Source: a virus
Taxonomy: Duplodnaviria > Caudoviricetes
DNA length: 64,000 nucleotides
Virus record (IMG/VR): IMGVR_UViG_3300014167_000003
Location: 1-64,000 of that record
Reading direction: 5' to 3' (one strand)
Below the pieces are notes generated by a model. That model had not been told where the DNA came from and searched no databases. It saw only the letters and a list, made by a program, of their open reading frames with translations. Each line of letters opens with the position of its first letter. Positions within the stretch are counted from its first letter, which is position 1. Below are positions 1 through 9,381 of this stretch, piece by piece. The position numbers and the translations under genes are program-made.

Positions 1-15
1 AAGCAGTCCGAGATC

Positions 16-606
16 ATGCTGGCCGGTGAAGGCGACGAATGGTTCAAGCGGAATGAGGCGAACCTCGGGAAGTTTGACCCGGTGTCCGCCGTCATCGAGG
101 GCCACAAGATCGAGCCGAAGAGCGTGCTGGAGATCGGCTGCGCCAACGGCTGGCGGCTCGCGAAGCTCGGCAAGCAGTACGGCTGCAGGGTCGCAGGGAT
201 CGATCCCAGCAAGGCCGCGATGCTGGCCAGCACCCTGGTGCCGATGATGCAGGCGACCGCCGAGGCGCTGCCGTTCGAGCCACAGTCATTCGACATGGTG
301 ATCTACGGGTTCTGCCTCTACCTGACCGACCCGGTGGACTGGATGAAGATCGCGGCCGAGGGCGACCGGGTGCTCAAGCCTGGCGGTCACCTCATCATCC
401 ACGACTTCTTCATGCGCCACGCCGAGCCGTTCGCTGTCCGGTACAAGCACCGCGACGACAGCGTCCTGTCGTACCACTACGCGTTCAAGAGGCTCTGGTC
501 CGGCACGCCGTTCTACCGCGTGCTCGATGAAGGCAGCTTCGGCGACGAGATGGTCACCGTCCTGCGGAAGATCCCGGTTGAGGAAGCGATCAAGGTGCGG
601 CCATGA
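16..606 (+). CDS. Class I SAM-dependent methyltransferase (sugar-cluster associated); 5' end may extend beyond the window
   Basis: SAM motif VLEIGCANG, then GIDPS and FDMVIYGFCLY; overlaps the next gene by ATGA. Confidence 0.8.
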   Translation: MLAGEGDEWFKRNEANLGKFDPVSAVIEGHKIEPKSVLEIGCANGWRLAKLGKQYGCRVAGIDPSKAAMLASTLVPMMQATAEALPFEPQSFDMVIYGFCLYLTDPVDWMKIAAEGDRVLKPGGHLIIHDFFMRHAEPFAVRYKHRDDSVLSYHYAFKRLWSGTPFYRVLDEGSFGDEMVTVLRKIPVEEAIKVRP

Positions 607-1475
607 AGATCGGCATCGTCGGCTACGGCTCCATCGGCACCCGGCACGCGGCCAACGCCGCTGCCCTCGGGCACAAGGTCCTGGTCTACGACCCGGCCGG
701 GCGCCGCGACGTGCCGGTCGAGCGCGAGATCTACGAGTTCTGCGATGCCGTCGTCCTGGCGACGCCGTCGTTCCGCCACACCAGCGGCATCCGTGCCTGC
801 GTCGAGCGCGGCAAGCACGTCCTGGTCGAGAAGCCGATCTGCACCGACGACGCCGGGCTCTACGATCTGCTCACCATGGCCGACGAGAAGAAGCTCGTCG
901 TCATGATGGGCAACAACCTGCGTTTTCACCCGTGCGTGCAGCGCGCCAGTGTATGGCTCGATGCCGGGTCGCCGCCCGTCTGGGCAAACTTCATCTGCGC
1001 CACCACGACCGAGAGGACCGGTATCCTGGCGGACGGCGTCATCCTGAATACCGGCTCGCACGAGGTCGACATGGCGCTGCACCTGCTCGGGCCCGCGCAT
1101 GTGGTCGCGGCGACCACGACCGAGAGCCGCGAACGCGATGTGAGCGTCGACTTCGTCCTCGAACACGCCTGCGGCGCCCGCTCGAACTTCCACCTGGACT
1201 TCGAGACGCCGGTCGAGGTGCGCGAGGCGTGGATCAGCGCCGGCATGGCCGGCAACATGCACTTCAACCTGCCGGCGCGGAAGGCATACCTGGCGCAGCC
1301 GGAGGGCGAGAGCTACTTCAACGATCAGGGCTCCTACGGCGAGGACTACATCGCCGAGATGCAGGCGTTCGTCGACCGCATCGAGGGCAAGGAGACGCTC
1401 GGCGCCAGCGGCTGGGACGGCCTCTATACGCTCAAGGTGCTGCTCGATGTGCGCAGGATGGCGGGTTTGAAATGA
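603..1475 (+). CDS. Gfo/Idh/MocA family NAD(P)-dependent oxidoreductase
   Basis: KIGIVGYGSIG Rossmann motif, KHVLVEKP, GSHEVDM. Confidence 0.88.
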   Translation: MKIGIVGYGSIGTRHAANAAALGHKVLVYDPAGRRDVPVEREIYEFCDAVVLATPSFRHTSGIRACVERGKHVLVEKPICTDDAGLYDLLTMADEKKLVVMMGNNLRFHPCVQRASVWLDAGSPPVWANFICATTTERTGILADGVILNTGSHEVDMALHLLGPAHVVAATTTESRERDVSVDFVLEHACGARSNFHLDFETPVEVREAWISAGMAGNMHFNLPARKAYLAQPEGESYFNDQGSYGEDYIAEMQAFVDRIEGKETLGASGWDGLYTLKVLLDVRRMAGLK

Positions 1476-1564
1476 CGTGGGCGGATGTGGTCGCTATTGA
1501 GGCGATCTACCTTTTCCTGATGGCATGCTTTTTGGCCTTGGTGCTGTATTGGATCAACAAATGA
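1472..1564 (+). CDS. Small single-TM peptide (30 aa)
   Basis: MTWADVVAIEAIYLFLMACFLALVLYWINK; ATGA overlaps at both ends. Confidence 0.6.
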   Translation: MTWADVVAIEAIYLFLMACFLALVLYWINK

Positions 1565-3606
1565 CGAAGGTTGTCGCAATCATCCAGGCGCGCATGGGAA
1601 GCACCCGCCTGCCCGGCAAGGTGATGATGCACCTGCTCGGCCAACCGGTGCTCGAATGGTGCATCCGCGCCGCCTACGTCGCGCGCGATGTCGACGAGGT
1701 CTGGATCGCCACCTCGACCTTGCCGGCGGACGACGTCATCGCCGACTGGTGTGACGATAACGGGTTCTATTGTTGGCGTGGCTCTGAGACGGATGTGCTG
1801 TCGCGCTTCGTCGGGTGCGCCAACGCATGCGGCGCCGATGTCCTGCTTCGCCTTACGGGCGACTGTCCATTCCTGGACCCGCAGGTCATCGGCGCCGTGG
1901 TCCGGCTCTGGAAGCAGACCGGCGCCGCCTACGTCTCGAACATCTCGCCGCGCACCTACCCGGACGGGCTCGACGTGCAGCTGATGACGCGCGAGGCCCT
2001 GATGGCGGCTGACGCCGAGGCGACGCGTCCGCTCGACCGCGACGGCGTCTGCACTTGGATCGAGCGCAACCGCTCGCGCTTCCCGGCCGAGACCCTGATC
2101 AACCCGATCCCGAACATGCAGGACGAGCGCTGGGTGCTCGACACCGCCGACGACATGAAGTTCTGCCAGGCCATTGCGTCGCAGATGTCCTGGGCGATGG
2201 GCCCGCCGTCGCAGCTCGACATCCTGTCGATCCTGGACCGCGAGCCCGAGTGGCGCCGGCTGAACGCCGGCCACGTCATGAACGGGCGCTACTTCGACGC
2301 CCTGGCCGAGGAGCCGATCTATGAAAGGAAGTTCGAAAGGTCGCAGGCGCAGTTCGAGCGCGCCAAAAAGGTCATCCCGCTCGCCGCGCAAACCTTCAGC
2401 AAAAGCCCCCTCCAGTACCCGCAGCCGTCGCCGCTCTTCGTCAGCCACGGACAAGGCGGGCTGGTCTGGGATATCGATGGCAACGAGTACGTCGATCTGG
2501 TGTCCGCATTGCTCCCGAACATTCTGGGCTACCGTGACCCCGACGTTGACCAAGCCATCCGCCGCCAGCTGGGTTCTGGCATCTCCTTCTCCCTTGCGAC
2601 TGATCTCGAAGCGCAGCTCGCGGAAACGCTCTGCCGGCTGATCCCGTGCGCCCAGATGGTGCGCTTCGGCAAGAACGGCACCGACGTCACCAGCGCGGCG
2701 ATCCGCCTCGCCCGGGCGTTTACCGGCCGCGACCGGGTGCTGATCTGCGGCGGCTACCACGGCTGGCAGGACTGGAGCGTGGAGCGCAACCTCGGTGTGC
2801 CGCCCGAGGTAACCCACCTGACCGTGCGCGTGCCGTTCGGCAACATCAGCGCTCTCGAAAAGACCGTCGCGGCGCATGCCATCCCGGCAGATGCCGGATT
2901 GCGCAACTTTGCTGCGGTAATTGTCGAGCCGGAAAGCAACCCGGAATATCTGCGGGACCTGCGCAGGATGTGCGACGACTCTGGCACCCTGTTGATCTTC
3001 GACGAGGTCATCACCGGCTTCCGCTTCGACCTGGGCGGCGCGCAGAAGCTCTGGGGCGTGACGCCGGATCTGGCGACCTTCGGCAAGGCCATGGCCAACG
3101 GCATGCCGCTCTCGGCCATCGTCGGGCGCCGCGACATCATGAAGCGGTTCGAGCCGCCGGATAACATCTTCTATTCCGGCACGATGTTCGGCGAGACGCT
3201 CTCCTTGGCCGCCGCCATCGCCACCATCGACAAGCTGGAGCGGAGACACACCATCGACGATATCTGGGCCACCGGCACACATCTGCGCGACCACGCGATG
3301 GCACTCGTCACCAGGTGGGGCGTCGAAAGCTACATGCGCTTTTATGGGCAACCGCCATTCACGCGCATCCATTTTGCGAACGAGCAGGTCGCCGCCCTGT
3401 TCCGGCGCGAGATGATCGCCTCGGGCACCTTGATCACGTCGAGCCACAACATCTGCGCGGCGCACGGGCCGAATGAGATCAAGCGCATCTTGAAGAGCTA
3501 CGACCACGCGCTCGGCGTCGTGGCCGAGGCGGTGCGCAAGGACAACATCGCCGAGGTGCTCGACGGCGCCAGCGTCACCTCGGGCGTGCGAGGGCTCCTG
3601 CTGTGA
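1561..3606 (+). CDS. Fusion of SpsF/NeuA-like cytidylyltransferase and class III (GSA-like) PLP aminotransferase
   Basis: N-term AIIQARMGSTRLPGKV and RLTGDCP; C-term DIDGNEYVD, FGKNGTDV, LIFDEVITGFR, TFGKAMANG. True start is probably ATG 1561 (coupled), not 1525. Confidence 0.88.
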   Translation: MTKVVAIIQARMGSTRLPGKVMMHLLGQPVLEWCIRAAYVARDVDEVWIATSTLPADDVIADWCDDNGFYCWRGSETDVLSRFVGCANACGADVLLRLTGDCPFLDPQVIGAVVRLWKQTGAAYVSNISPRTYPDGLDVQLMTREALMAADAEATRPLDRDGVCTWIERNRSRFPAETLINPIPNMQDERWVLDTADDMKFCQAIASQMSWAMGPPSQLDILSILDREPEWRRLNAGHVMNGRYFDALAEEPIYERKFERSQAQFERAKKVIPLAAQTFSKSPLQYPQPSPLFVSHGQGGLVWDIDGNEYVDLVSALLPNILGYRDPDVDQAIRRQLGSGISFSLATDLEAQLAETLCRLIPCAQMVRFGKNGTDVTSAAIRLARAFTGRDRVLICGGYHGWQDWSVERNLGVPPEVTHLTVRVPFGNISALEKTVAAHAIPADAGLRNFAAVIVEPESNPEYLRDLRRMCDDSGTLLIFDEVITGFRFDLGGAQKLWGVTPDLATFGKAMANGMPLSAIVGRRDIMKRFEPPDNIFYSGTMFGETLSLAAAIATIDKLERRHTIDDIWATGTHLRDHAMALVTRWGVESYMRFYGQPPFTRIHFANEQVAALFRREMIASGTLITSSHNICAAHGPNEIKRILKSYDHALGVVAEAVRKDNIAEVLDGASVTSGVRGLLL

Positions 3607-4466
3607 GGTCCGTTCTCATTACCGGTGGCTCTGGAGCGTTCGGCACCGCCTGCGCGCGCCGGCTCCTCACGCTGACGCCGTACGGACCCACCCGCATTGC
3701 GATCTTCTCCCGTGGCGAGCACCGCCAGGCCGAGATGAACCGCGAGATGAATGCGTTCTCGCCTTCGGCGAACTGGCGCATGCGGTACTTCATTGGCGAT
3801 GTGCGCGACCGCGACCGGCTGCGCCGCGCCATGGAAGGCATCGAACTGGTGATCCATGCCGCCGCGCTCAAGCGGATCGAGACCGGCAACTACAACCCGC
3901 TGGAGGTCAAGCGCACGAACATCGACGGCGCCGCCAACGTGATCGAGGCCGCCACCGACGCCAACGTGCGCAAGATCGTGGCTCTCTCCTCCGACAAGGC
4001 GTACCAGCCGATCAGCCCGTACGGGACCAGCAAGGCGTTCGCCGAGAGCCTCTTCCTGGCCGCCAACAACACGCGCGGCAACCAGGGCCCGATCTTCTCC
4101 ATTGTAAGATATGGGAATGTCTGGGGCTCGACCGGCTCGGTGGTGCCAACCTGGCGCAAGATCCTCGAAACCTCCGACACCGTGCCGGTGACCGATCCCG
4201 ACTGCACCCGCTTCTTCATGACCATGGAGCAGGCGGTCGACCTCGTCCTGGATACCGCGAAGAGCATGCAGGGCGGCGAGATCTCGATCCCGACGCTGCC
4301 GGCGTACCGCCTGGGTGACCTTGCGGAGGCCATGGGTGCGAAGATGGAGGTGAAGGGCCTTCCGCCCTTCGAGAAGATGCACGAGAGCATGGACGCCTGG
4401 CAGAGCAGCGACAATGCCCGCCGGCTCACGGTCGACGAACTGCGGGACATCCTCAAATGCACGTAA
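3603..4466 (+). CDS. PseB/FlaA1-like UDP-GlcNAc 4,6-dehydratase (Polysacc_synt_2 type SDR)
   Basis: LITGGSGAFG, GDVRDRDRL, IHAAALK, ALSSDKA, YGTSK, RYGNVWGSTGSVVP, TRFFMT. Confidence 0.88.
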   Translation: MRSVLITGGSGAFGTACARRLLTLTPYGPTRIAIFSRGEHRQAEMNREMNAFSPSANWRMRYFIGDVRDRDRLRRAMEGIELVIHAAALKRIETGNYNPLEVKRTNIDGAANVIEAATDANVRKIVALSSDKAYQPISPYGTSKAFAESLFLAANNTRGNQGPIFSIVRYGNVWGSTGSVVPTWRKILETSDTVPVTDPDCTRFFMTMEQAVDLVLDTAKSMQGGEISIPTLPAYRLGDLAEAMGAKMEVKGLPPFEKMHESMDAWQSSDNARRLTVDELRDILKCT

Positions 4467-5335
4467 TGCTCTCTGCCGCCGCCTCGCCGGTCGCGCCGTC
4501 GATCATCCGCCACCTGCAGGCGCTCGGCCACTACGTCATCGGCCATGACAGTTTGCAGGAGGGCCTCGGCGCCAAGTTCTGCGACGAGTTCCACCTGTCG
4601 CCGAACATCGCGACGCACCGGTACGCGTACATTCAGTACCTCGGCCGGACGATGAGCAGCTGCGGCTGCTACTTCCCGTTCCTCGATGAAGAGCTGACGC
4701 TCGACTTCGGCGTGATCCCGGATGAGTTCATCTCGCCGCGCGACACGCTCGACATCTTCACGAGCAAGAACAAGCAGCAGCGCAAGCTCGGCGAGGCGGG
4801 CCTCCTGCCGGCGCCGACCATGGCGCTTGCCAGCGGCAAGGCCGTCTGCAAGCCCGACCTCGGGCGCGGCGGCAAGGGCGTCTTTTTCACCGAGGACCAG
4901 GTGATCATCGGCCGGCTCAGCAAGACCGGGTACCTGTGCCAGCAGCAGATCGACGGAGATGAGTACACCATCGACGTGCTCTGCGGCATGGACGGCAAGA
5001 TGCTGTTCGCGGTGCCACGGCTGCGCATCCAGGCGGCCAATGTGAGCACGGTCGGCCGCATCAAGATGGACGAGCGGCTCATCTGGCTCGCCGAGGACGT
5101 CACGAAGAAGTTCTATTTCCGTGGTCCGATCAACATTCAGGTGATCGTCGAGAAGGACACGGGCGTGCCGTACATCATCGAGGTCAACCCGCGCCTCTCC
5201 GGCTCCTGCATGTTCACGGTGATGGCTGGCTTCGACATCCTCGACGCCACCATCCGCATGCACGAGGGCAAAGAGTTCAAGCCGCCAAACCGGGTCGACG
5301 AGATCCTGGTGCGGCGCCGGTACGTGGAGAGCTGA
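4457..5335 (+). CDS. ATP-grasp ligase (CarB-like)
   Basis: KPDLGRGGKG, QQQIDGDEYTIDV, IIEVNPRLSGS. Confidence 0.85.
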   Translation: MHVMLSAAASPVAPSIIRHLQALGHYVIGHDSLQEGLGAKFCDEFHLSPNIATHRYAYIQYLGRTMSSCGCYFPFLDEELTLDFGVIPDEFISPRDTLDIFTSKNKQQRKLGEAGLLPAPTMALASGKAVCKPDLGRGGKGVFFTEDQVIIGRLSKTGYLCQQQIDGDEYTIDVLCGMDGKMLFAVPRLRIQAANVSTVGRIKMDERLIWLAEDVTKKFYFRGPINIQVIVEKDTGVPYIIEVNPRLSGSCMFTVMAGFDILDATIRMHEGKEFKPPNRVDEILVRRRYVES

Positions 5336-5337
5336 CG

Positions 5338-5487
5338 ATGACCTTCAAGGACATCCTCATCGGCCTGCTGTTCTTCATGACCGGCGCCATGCAGGCCGAC
5401 GCCAAGCGCGACGACGACTGGAAGGCGGTCTGCATCATCATCTGCGGCGGCGCCTTTCTCATTGCTTGCACGAGGCACTTCCTGTGA
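5338..5487 (+). CDS. Small two-TM peptide (49 aa)
   Basis: MTFKDILIGLLFFMTGAMQ...AVCIIICGGAFLIACTRHFL, translated by hand; absent from the ORF track. Confidence 0.55.
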   Translation: MTFKDILIGLLFFMTGAMQADAKRDDDWKAVCIIICGGAFLIACTRHFL

Positions 5488-5624
5488 AGATCGAACCGTG
5501 GCTCCTTATGACCGCCAGCCGCGACACCCTCGCCGGCCTGATGCCGCCGATCCCGCCGGAGCGGATCGTCGCCATCCTGCGCAAGGCTGGCTTCTTCCTG
5601 AAGATCAAGGACGCCGGGCGATGA
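5484..5624 (+). CDS. Small hypothetical protein (46 aa)
   Basis: GTG start overlaps the previous stop; stop overlaps ATG 5621; MKIEPWLLMTASRD...KIKDAGR. Confidence 0.5.
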   Translation: MKIEPWLLMTASRDTLAGLMPPIPPERIVAILRKAGFFLKIKDAGR

Positions 5625-6271
5625 GCGAACGCGTCATGGTCATCGCCGCGCACCCGGACGACGAGATCCTCGGCTGCGGCGGCACCATGGCCCGGCATTG
5701 GGCCGATGGCGACGAGGTCACCTGCGTGTTTGTTGCCGATGGCGAGACCGCGCGCATCATGGCGGCGCAGCCGAACCGCAACATCGCCGCGTTCAAGGTG
5801 AGCCAGCTCCTCCACATCCACCCGCCGGTCTTTTTCGACCTCAAGGACCAGCGCCTGGGCACCGTGCCGCTGCTCGACATCACCCAGATGATCGAGAGCC
5901 AGGTCGAGCAATATCGGCCGACCATCGTCTACACCCACCACCACGGCGACCTGAACGAGGACCACCGCATGGTGCACAAGGCGACCATGACCGCGCTGCG
6001 CCCGCTCCCTGGCGCCTCGGTCAGGGCGATCTACGGCTTCGAGGTGCTCTCGTCGACCGAGTGGGGCATCACCTTCAACCCGACGCACTTCGTCGACATC
6101 GCCGACTTCATTCACGACAAGATCGCGGCGCTGAAGCTCTACGACGACGAGATGCGCCCGTTTCCGCACCCGCGTTCGTACAGCGTCGTGAGGACGCTGG
6201 CCCGTTACCGTGGCTCCTGCGTCGGCGTGTCCGCCGCCGAGGCCTTCGTCACCTATAGGAGCATTCGCTAA
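5621..6271 (+). CDS. PIG-L family N-acetylsugar deacetylase
   Basis: VIAAHPDDEILGCGG, VYTHHHGDLNEDH, AEAF; start corrected to ATG 5621. Confidence 0.88.
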   Translation: MSERVMVIAAHPDDEILGCGGTMARHWADGDEVTCVFVADGETARIMAAQPNRNIAAFKVSQLLHIHPPVFFDLKDQRLGTVPLLDITQMIESQVEQYRPTIVYTHHHGDLNEDHRMVHKATMTALRPLPGASVRAIYGFEVLSSTEWGITFNPTHFVDIADFIHDKIAALKLYDDEMRPFPHPRSYSVVRTLARYRGSCVGVSAAEAFVTYRSIR

Positions 6272-6723
6272 TGTTCGACTTCCGACCTGCCCGCATGTCC
6301 GACGCGGACACGCTCTTCGCCTGGCGCAACGACCCGGTCACCCGCGCCGGCTTCCGCTCCACCGCCGAGGTGCCGCGCGAGGACCACGACCGCTGGATGC
6401 AGTTCAACGTGCTCCAGGGCTACCCGACCCACATCGTCATGATCGCCGAGACCGACGAGGGCAGCTGCGGCGTGGTCCGCTTCGATGCCGACCGGCGCGA
6501 CGTCATGAGTTATGAGACCTCGGTGATCGTGGCGCCGAACTTCCGTGGCCGTGGCCTGGGCGCGCCGATGCTCGCCGCCGCCTGTGCCAACATGAGCGGG
6601 TGCAAGCTGCACACCGTCGTGCGGCCGGAGAACGCCGCGTCGAGGAAGACCTTCGAGGGCGCCGGCTTCGTCCACGTCGGCGAGGATGGCGAGTTCATGC
6701 TCTACAAGAAGGAGCAGCCATGA
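6271..6723 (+). CDS. GNAT N-acetyltransferase (PseH-like)
   Basis: LFAWRNDP, HDRWM, FRGRGLG, ENAASRKTFEGAGF. Confidence 0.82.
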   Translation: MFDFRPARMSDADTLFAWRNDPVTRAGFRSTAEVPREDHDRWMQFNVLQGYPTHIVMIAETDEGSCGVVRFDADRRDVMSYETSVIVAPNFRGRGLGAPMLAAACANMSGCKLHTVVRPENAASRKTFEGAGFVHVGEDGEFMLYKKEQP

Positions 6724-7856
6724 TCGGCGCGATGAAGCGGTGGAGCGGCATCGACGACCGTGAGCGCGCGGCGGCGATGACCGCCCTGCATATGGACCTG
6801 TCCGGCTACCTGGCCGGCAAGGAGCGCGGCGGCTTCTACGTCCAGATGCTCGAAGACATGTGGGCCGACACGTTCAAGGTCAAACACGCCATCGCCTGCA
6901 ATAGCGCCACCTCGGGCCTCCTCGCCGCCGCGTTTGCGGTCAACCTCGGGCCGGAGGATAGGTTTGCCGTCTCGGCAATGACCATGTCGGCGACCGCCGC
7001 CGCGCCGATGTTCACGGGCGCGGCGCCGCTCTTCTGCGACGTCAACGACGACGACTTCGGCATGGTCACGCGCGCCATGCCGGAGAACACCAAGGCGATC
7101 TTTTCGGCCAACCTGTTCGGTAGGGCCGGCCACCTTGGCCGGCGCGAATGGGACAAGGAGTGCGGCACCTACCTGATCGAGGACAACAGCCAGTCGCCGT
7201 TCGCCATCGCCATCGGGCGCTACATCGGCACCATGGGCCACATCGGCGTCTGGTCGCTCAATGTCCACAAGCACATCCAATGCGGCGAAGGCGGCATGAT
7301 CACCACCGACGACGACGGCCTCGCCTGGCGCCTGCGCGGCCTCGTCAACCACGGCGAGAACCTCATGGGCCCTATCGGCCTGAACCTGCGCATGCCCGAG
7401 GTCTGCGCCGCCATCGCGGTAAGTCAGCTCCAGCGCGGGCCGTGGCTCGTCGGCGGCCGGGTGGAGCAGGCGCACAACATCCTGCGCGCCATCGGCGACA
7501 TTCCTGGCATCAAGGCGCCGCCGATCAGGGACGACTTCAGCAACGTGTTCTACCTGATCCCGTTCCTGATCGACGGGCGGGATGACGGCCCGCTCGATGA
7601 GGAGGTGTTTACGGATCGCCACCGCCGCGCGTTCTGCGCATCGCTGCGCACGAGCGGCGTGCCTATCGTTGAAGGCTACGTCGAACCGCTGTATAGGCTC
7701 CCGGCATTCGCGCGCTACCGGCGCCCGTGCCCGGTCGCCGAGGATCTGCAGGCCCGGCGGCTCTTCTACTTCGAGAATTGCGCCTGGGACCCGACGCCGG
7801 AGCAGATCGATCGGATTGGCGACGCGTTCAGGAAGGCCGCCAAGGAGACGCTCTGA
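6720..7856 (+). CDS. DegT/DnrJ/PseC-family PLP sugar aminotransferase
   Basis: CNSATSGL, LIEDNSQS, SLNVHKHIQCGEGGMITT, GLNLRM; start ATG 6720. Confidence 0.88.
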   Translation: MIGAMKRWSGIDDRERAAAMTALHMDLSGYLAGKERGGFYVQMLEDMWADTFKVKHAIACNSATSGLLAAAFAVNLGPEDRFAVSAMTMSATAAAPMFTGAAPLFCDVNDDDFGMVTRAMPENTKAIFSANLFGRAGHLGRREWDKECGTYLIEDNSQSPFAIAIGRYIGTMGHIGVWSLNVHKHIQCGEGGMITTDDDGLAWRLRGLVNHGENLMGPIGLNLRMPEVCAAIAVSQLQRGPWLVGGRVEQAHNILRAIGDIPGIKAPPIRDDFSNVFYLIPFLIDGRDDGPLDEEVFTDRHRRAFCASLRTSGVPIVEGYVEPLYRLPAFARYRRPCPVAEDLQARRLFYFENCAWDPTPEQIDRIGDAFRKAAKETL

Positions 7857-8029
7857 TGCCCAAGCTGCACATCGTCTACGATCCCGACGACAAGATCATC
7901 CTGGACCCGCAGGCGTCGAAGACGCTCAACTGCAAGATCGCGCAGCTCTCGGTGCCCGACGACATCAAGAGCGTCGACATCTACAACCTGGCGAAGCGCC
8001 TGGCCGAGCTTCTGGTGGAGACGCTGTGA
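7856..8029 (+). CDS. Small hypothetical protein (57 aa)
   Basis: TGATG coupling; MPKLHIVYDPDD...ELLVETL. Confidence 0.55.
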   Translation: MPKLHIVYDPDDKIILDPQASKTLNCKIAQLSVPDDIKSVDIYNLAKRLAELLVETL

Positions 8030-8166
8030 ACCTCGGCAATATCCCGGTCGTGACGCCGCTTCACTTCTGGATACCGCCCGAGGTCAAGCCGCTCTTCTGC
8101 TTCCTCCTCGGCTTCTTCCTCGCGTCCGTGCTCTGCCACGCGCGGCGCCACCTGGATGGGATGTGA
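8026..8166 (+). CDS. Small membrane peptide (46 aa)
   Basis: GTGA coupling; hydrophobic PLFCFLLGFFLASVLC. Confidence 0.5.
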   Translation: MNLGNIPVVTPLHFWIPPEVKPLFCFLLGFFLASVLCHARRHLDGM

Positions 8167-8167
8167 C

Positions 8168-9193
8168 ATGATCATCAACGGACGCGAGATTGACAGGCAG
8201 CACCGGCCCTACATCATCGCCGAGGTCAGTTGCAACCATGGTGGCTCGCTCGCGCGCGCCATGGAGCTGATCGACGCGGCCAGGTTCTGCGGCGCCGACG
8301 CGGTCAAGTTTCAGTGCGTCACGGCGGACACCATCACCATCAATTGCGACCGGCCGGAGTTCACCATTCCCGAGGGCCCGTGGGCCGGGCGCAACCTCTA
8401 CGAACTCTATTCGGAGACGAAGACGCCGTTCGAATGGTTCCCGGCGATCAAGGAGCGCGCCGAGAAGGCCGGCATTACCTGGTTCGCGTCGGTATTCGAC
8501 CGCAGCGCCGTCGACCTGATGGACCGGCTCAATGCGCCGGCCATCAAGATCGCGTCGTTCGAGCTGGTCGACACGCCGCTCATCAAATACGCCGCCTCGA
8601 CCGGCAGGCCGCTCATTCTTTCGACCGGCATGGCCAGCTACCAGGAGATCACCGCCGCGATAGCGGCCATCGGGCCGTATGGGCAATGGGAGCACGCGCT
8701 CCTCCATTGCGTCTCGGAGTACCCGACGCCGCACAGCCAGGCGGATCTGCTGCGCCCGAAGTACGGCATCCGGCACGGCTTCGTGGACGGGATCAGCGAC
8801 CACTCGGTCGGGCCCGAGATCCCTATCGCCGCGACCGCCTGCGGCGTCAGCATCATCGAGAAGCACTTCCGCCTGTCCTGGCACCCGGACACCGAGGACT
8901 CGCCGTTCTCGCTCGACGAGGTCGACCTCATGCGGATGGTCGAGCATGTGAAGAATACCTGGGACGCCATGCAGCCGCCGCCGGAGCGCGCCGAGTACAT
9001 GCACCTCCCGCTGCGGCGCTCGCTCTTTGCCGTCGCCGATATCAAGGCCGGCGAGATGTTCACCGAGGAGAACGTGCGCTCGATCCGGCCGGGCAATGGC
9101 CTGCCGCCGTCGCGGATCGATGGCATCATTGGCGAGGTTGCGGCGCGCGACATCAAGCGCGGCGAGCCCATGGCATGGGAGATGGTGAAATGA
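8168..9193 (+). CDS. PseI/NeuB/SpsE-family nonulosonate synthase with C-terminal SAF/AFP-like domain
   Basis: YIIAEVSCNHGG, ADAVKFQ, IKIASFE, LILSTGMA, LHCVSEYP, ISDH, IIEKHF, RRSLFAVADIKAGE, RPGNG. Confidence 0.92.
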   Translation: MIINGREIDRQHRPYIIAEVSCNHGGSLARAMELIDAARFCGADAVKFQCVTADTITINCDRPEFTIPEGPWAGRNLYELYSETKTPFEWFPAIKERAEKAGITWFASVFDRSAVDLMDRLNAPAIKIASFELVDTPLIKYAASTGRPLILSTGMASYQEITAAIAAIGPYGQWEHALLHCVSEYPTPHSQADLLRPKYGIRHGFVDGISDHSVGPEIPIAATACGVSIIEKHFRLSWHPDTEDSPFSLDEVDLMRMVEHVKNTWDAMQPPPERAEYMHLPLRRSLFAVADIKAGEMFTEENVRSIRPGNGLPPSRIDGIIGEVAARDIKRGEPMAWEMVK

Positions 9194-9381
9194 ACCAGCG
9201 CGCGCACGCCTTCGATATTGTTGCCTGTCCCGACCCGATCTGCTGCCTGCACGTCATCGCGGTCAACGAGGACTACGAGCCGATCTGCGAGGTGGCCATG
9301 AGCATGGAGCAGGTCCGCTGGCTCGCGGACCTCTGCCACAAGATCCTCTATTCGCGCGCGGTCGAGGCGGACGGGCAATGA
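9190..9381 (+). CDS. Small hypothetical protein (63 aa)
   Basis: ATGA-coupled at both ends; MNQRAHAFDIVACPDP... Confidence 0.55.
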   Translation: MNQRAHAFDIVACPDPICCLHVIAVNEDYEPICEVAMSMEQVRWLADLCHKILYSRAVEADGQ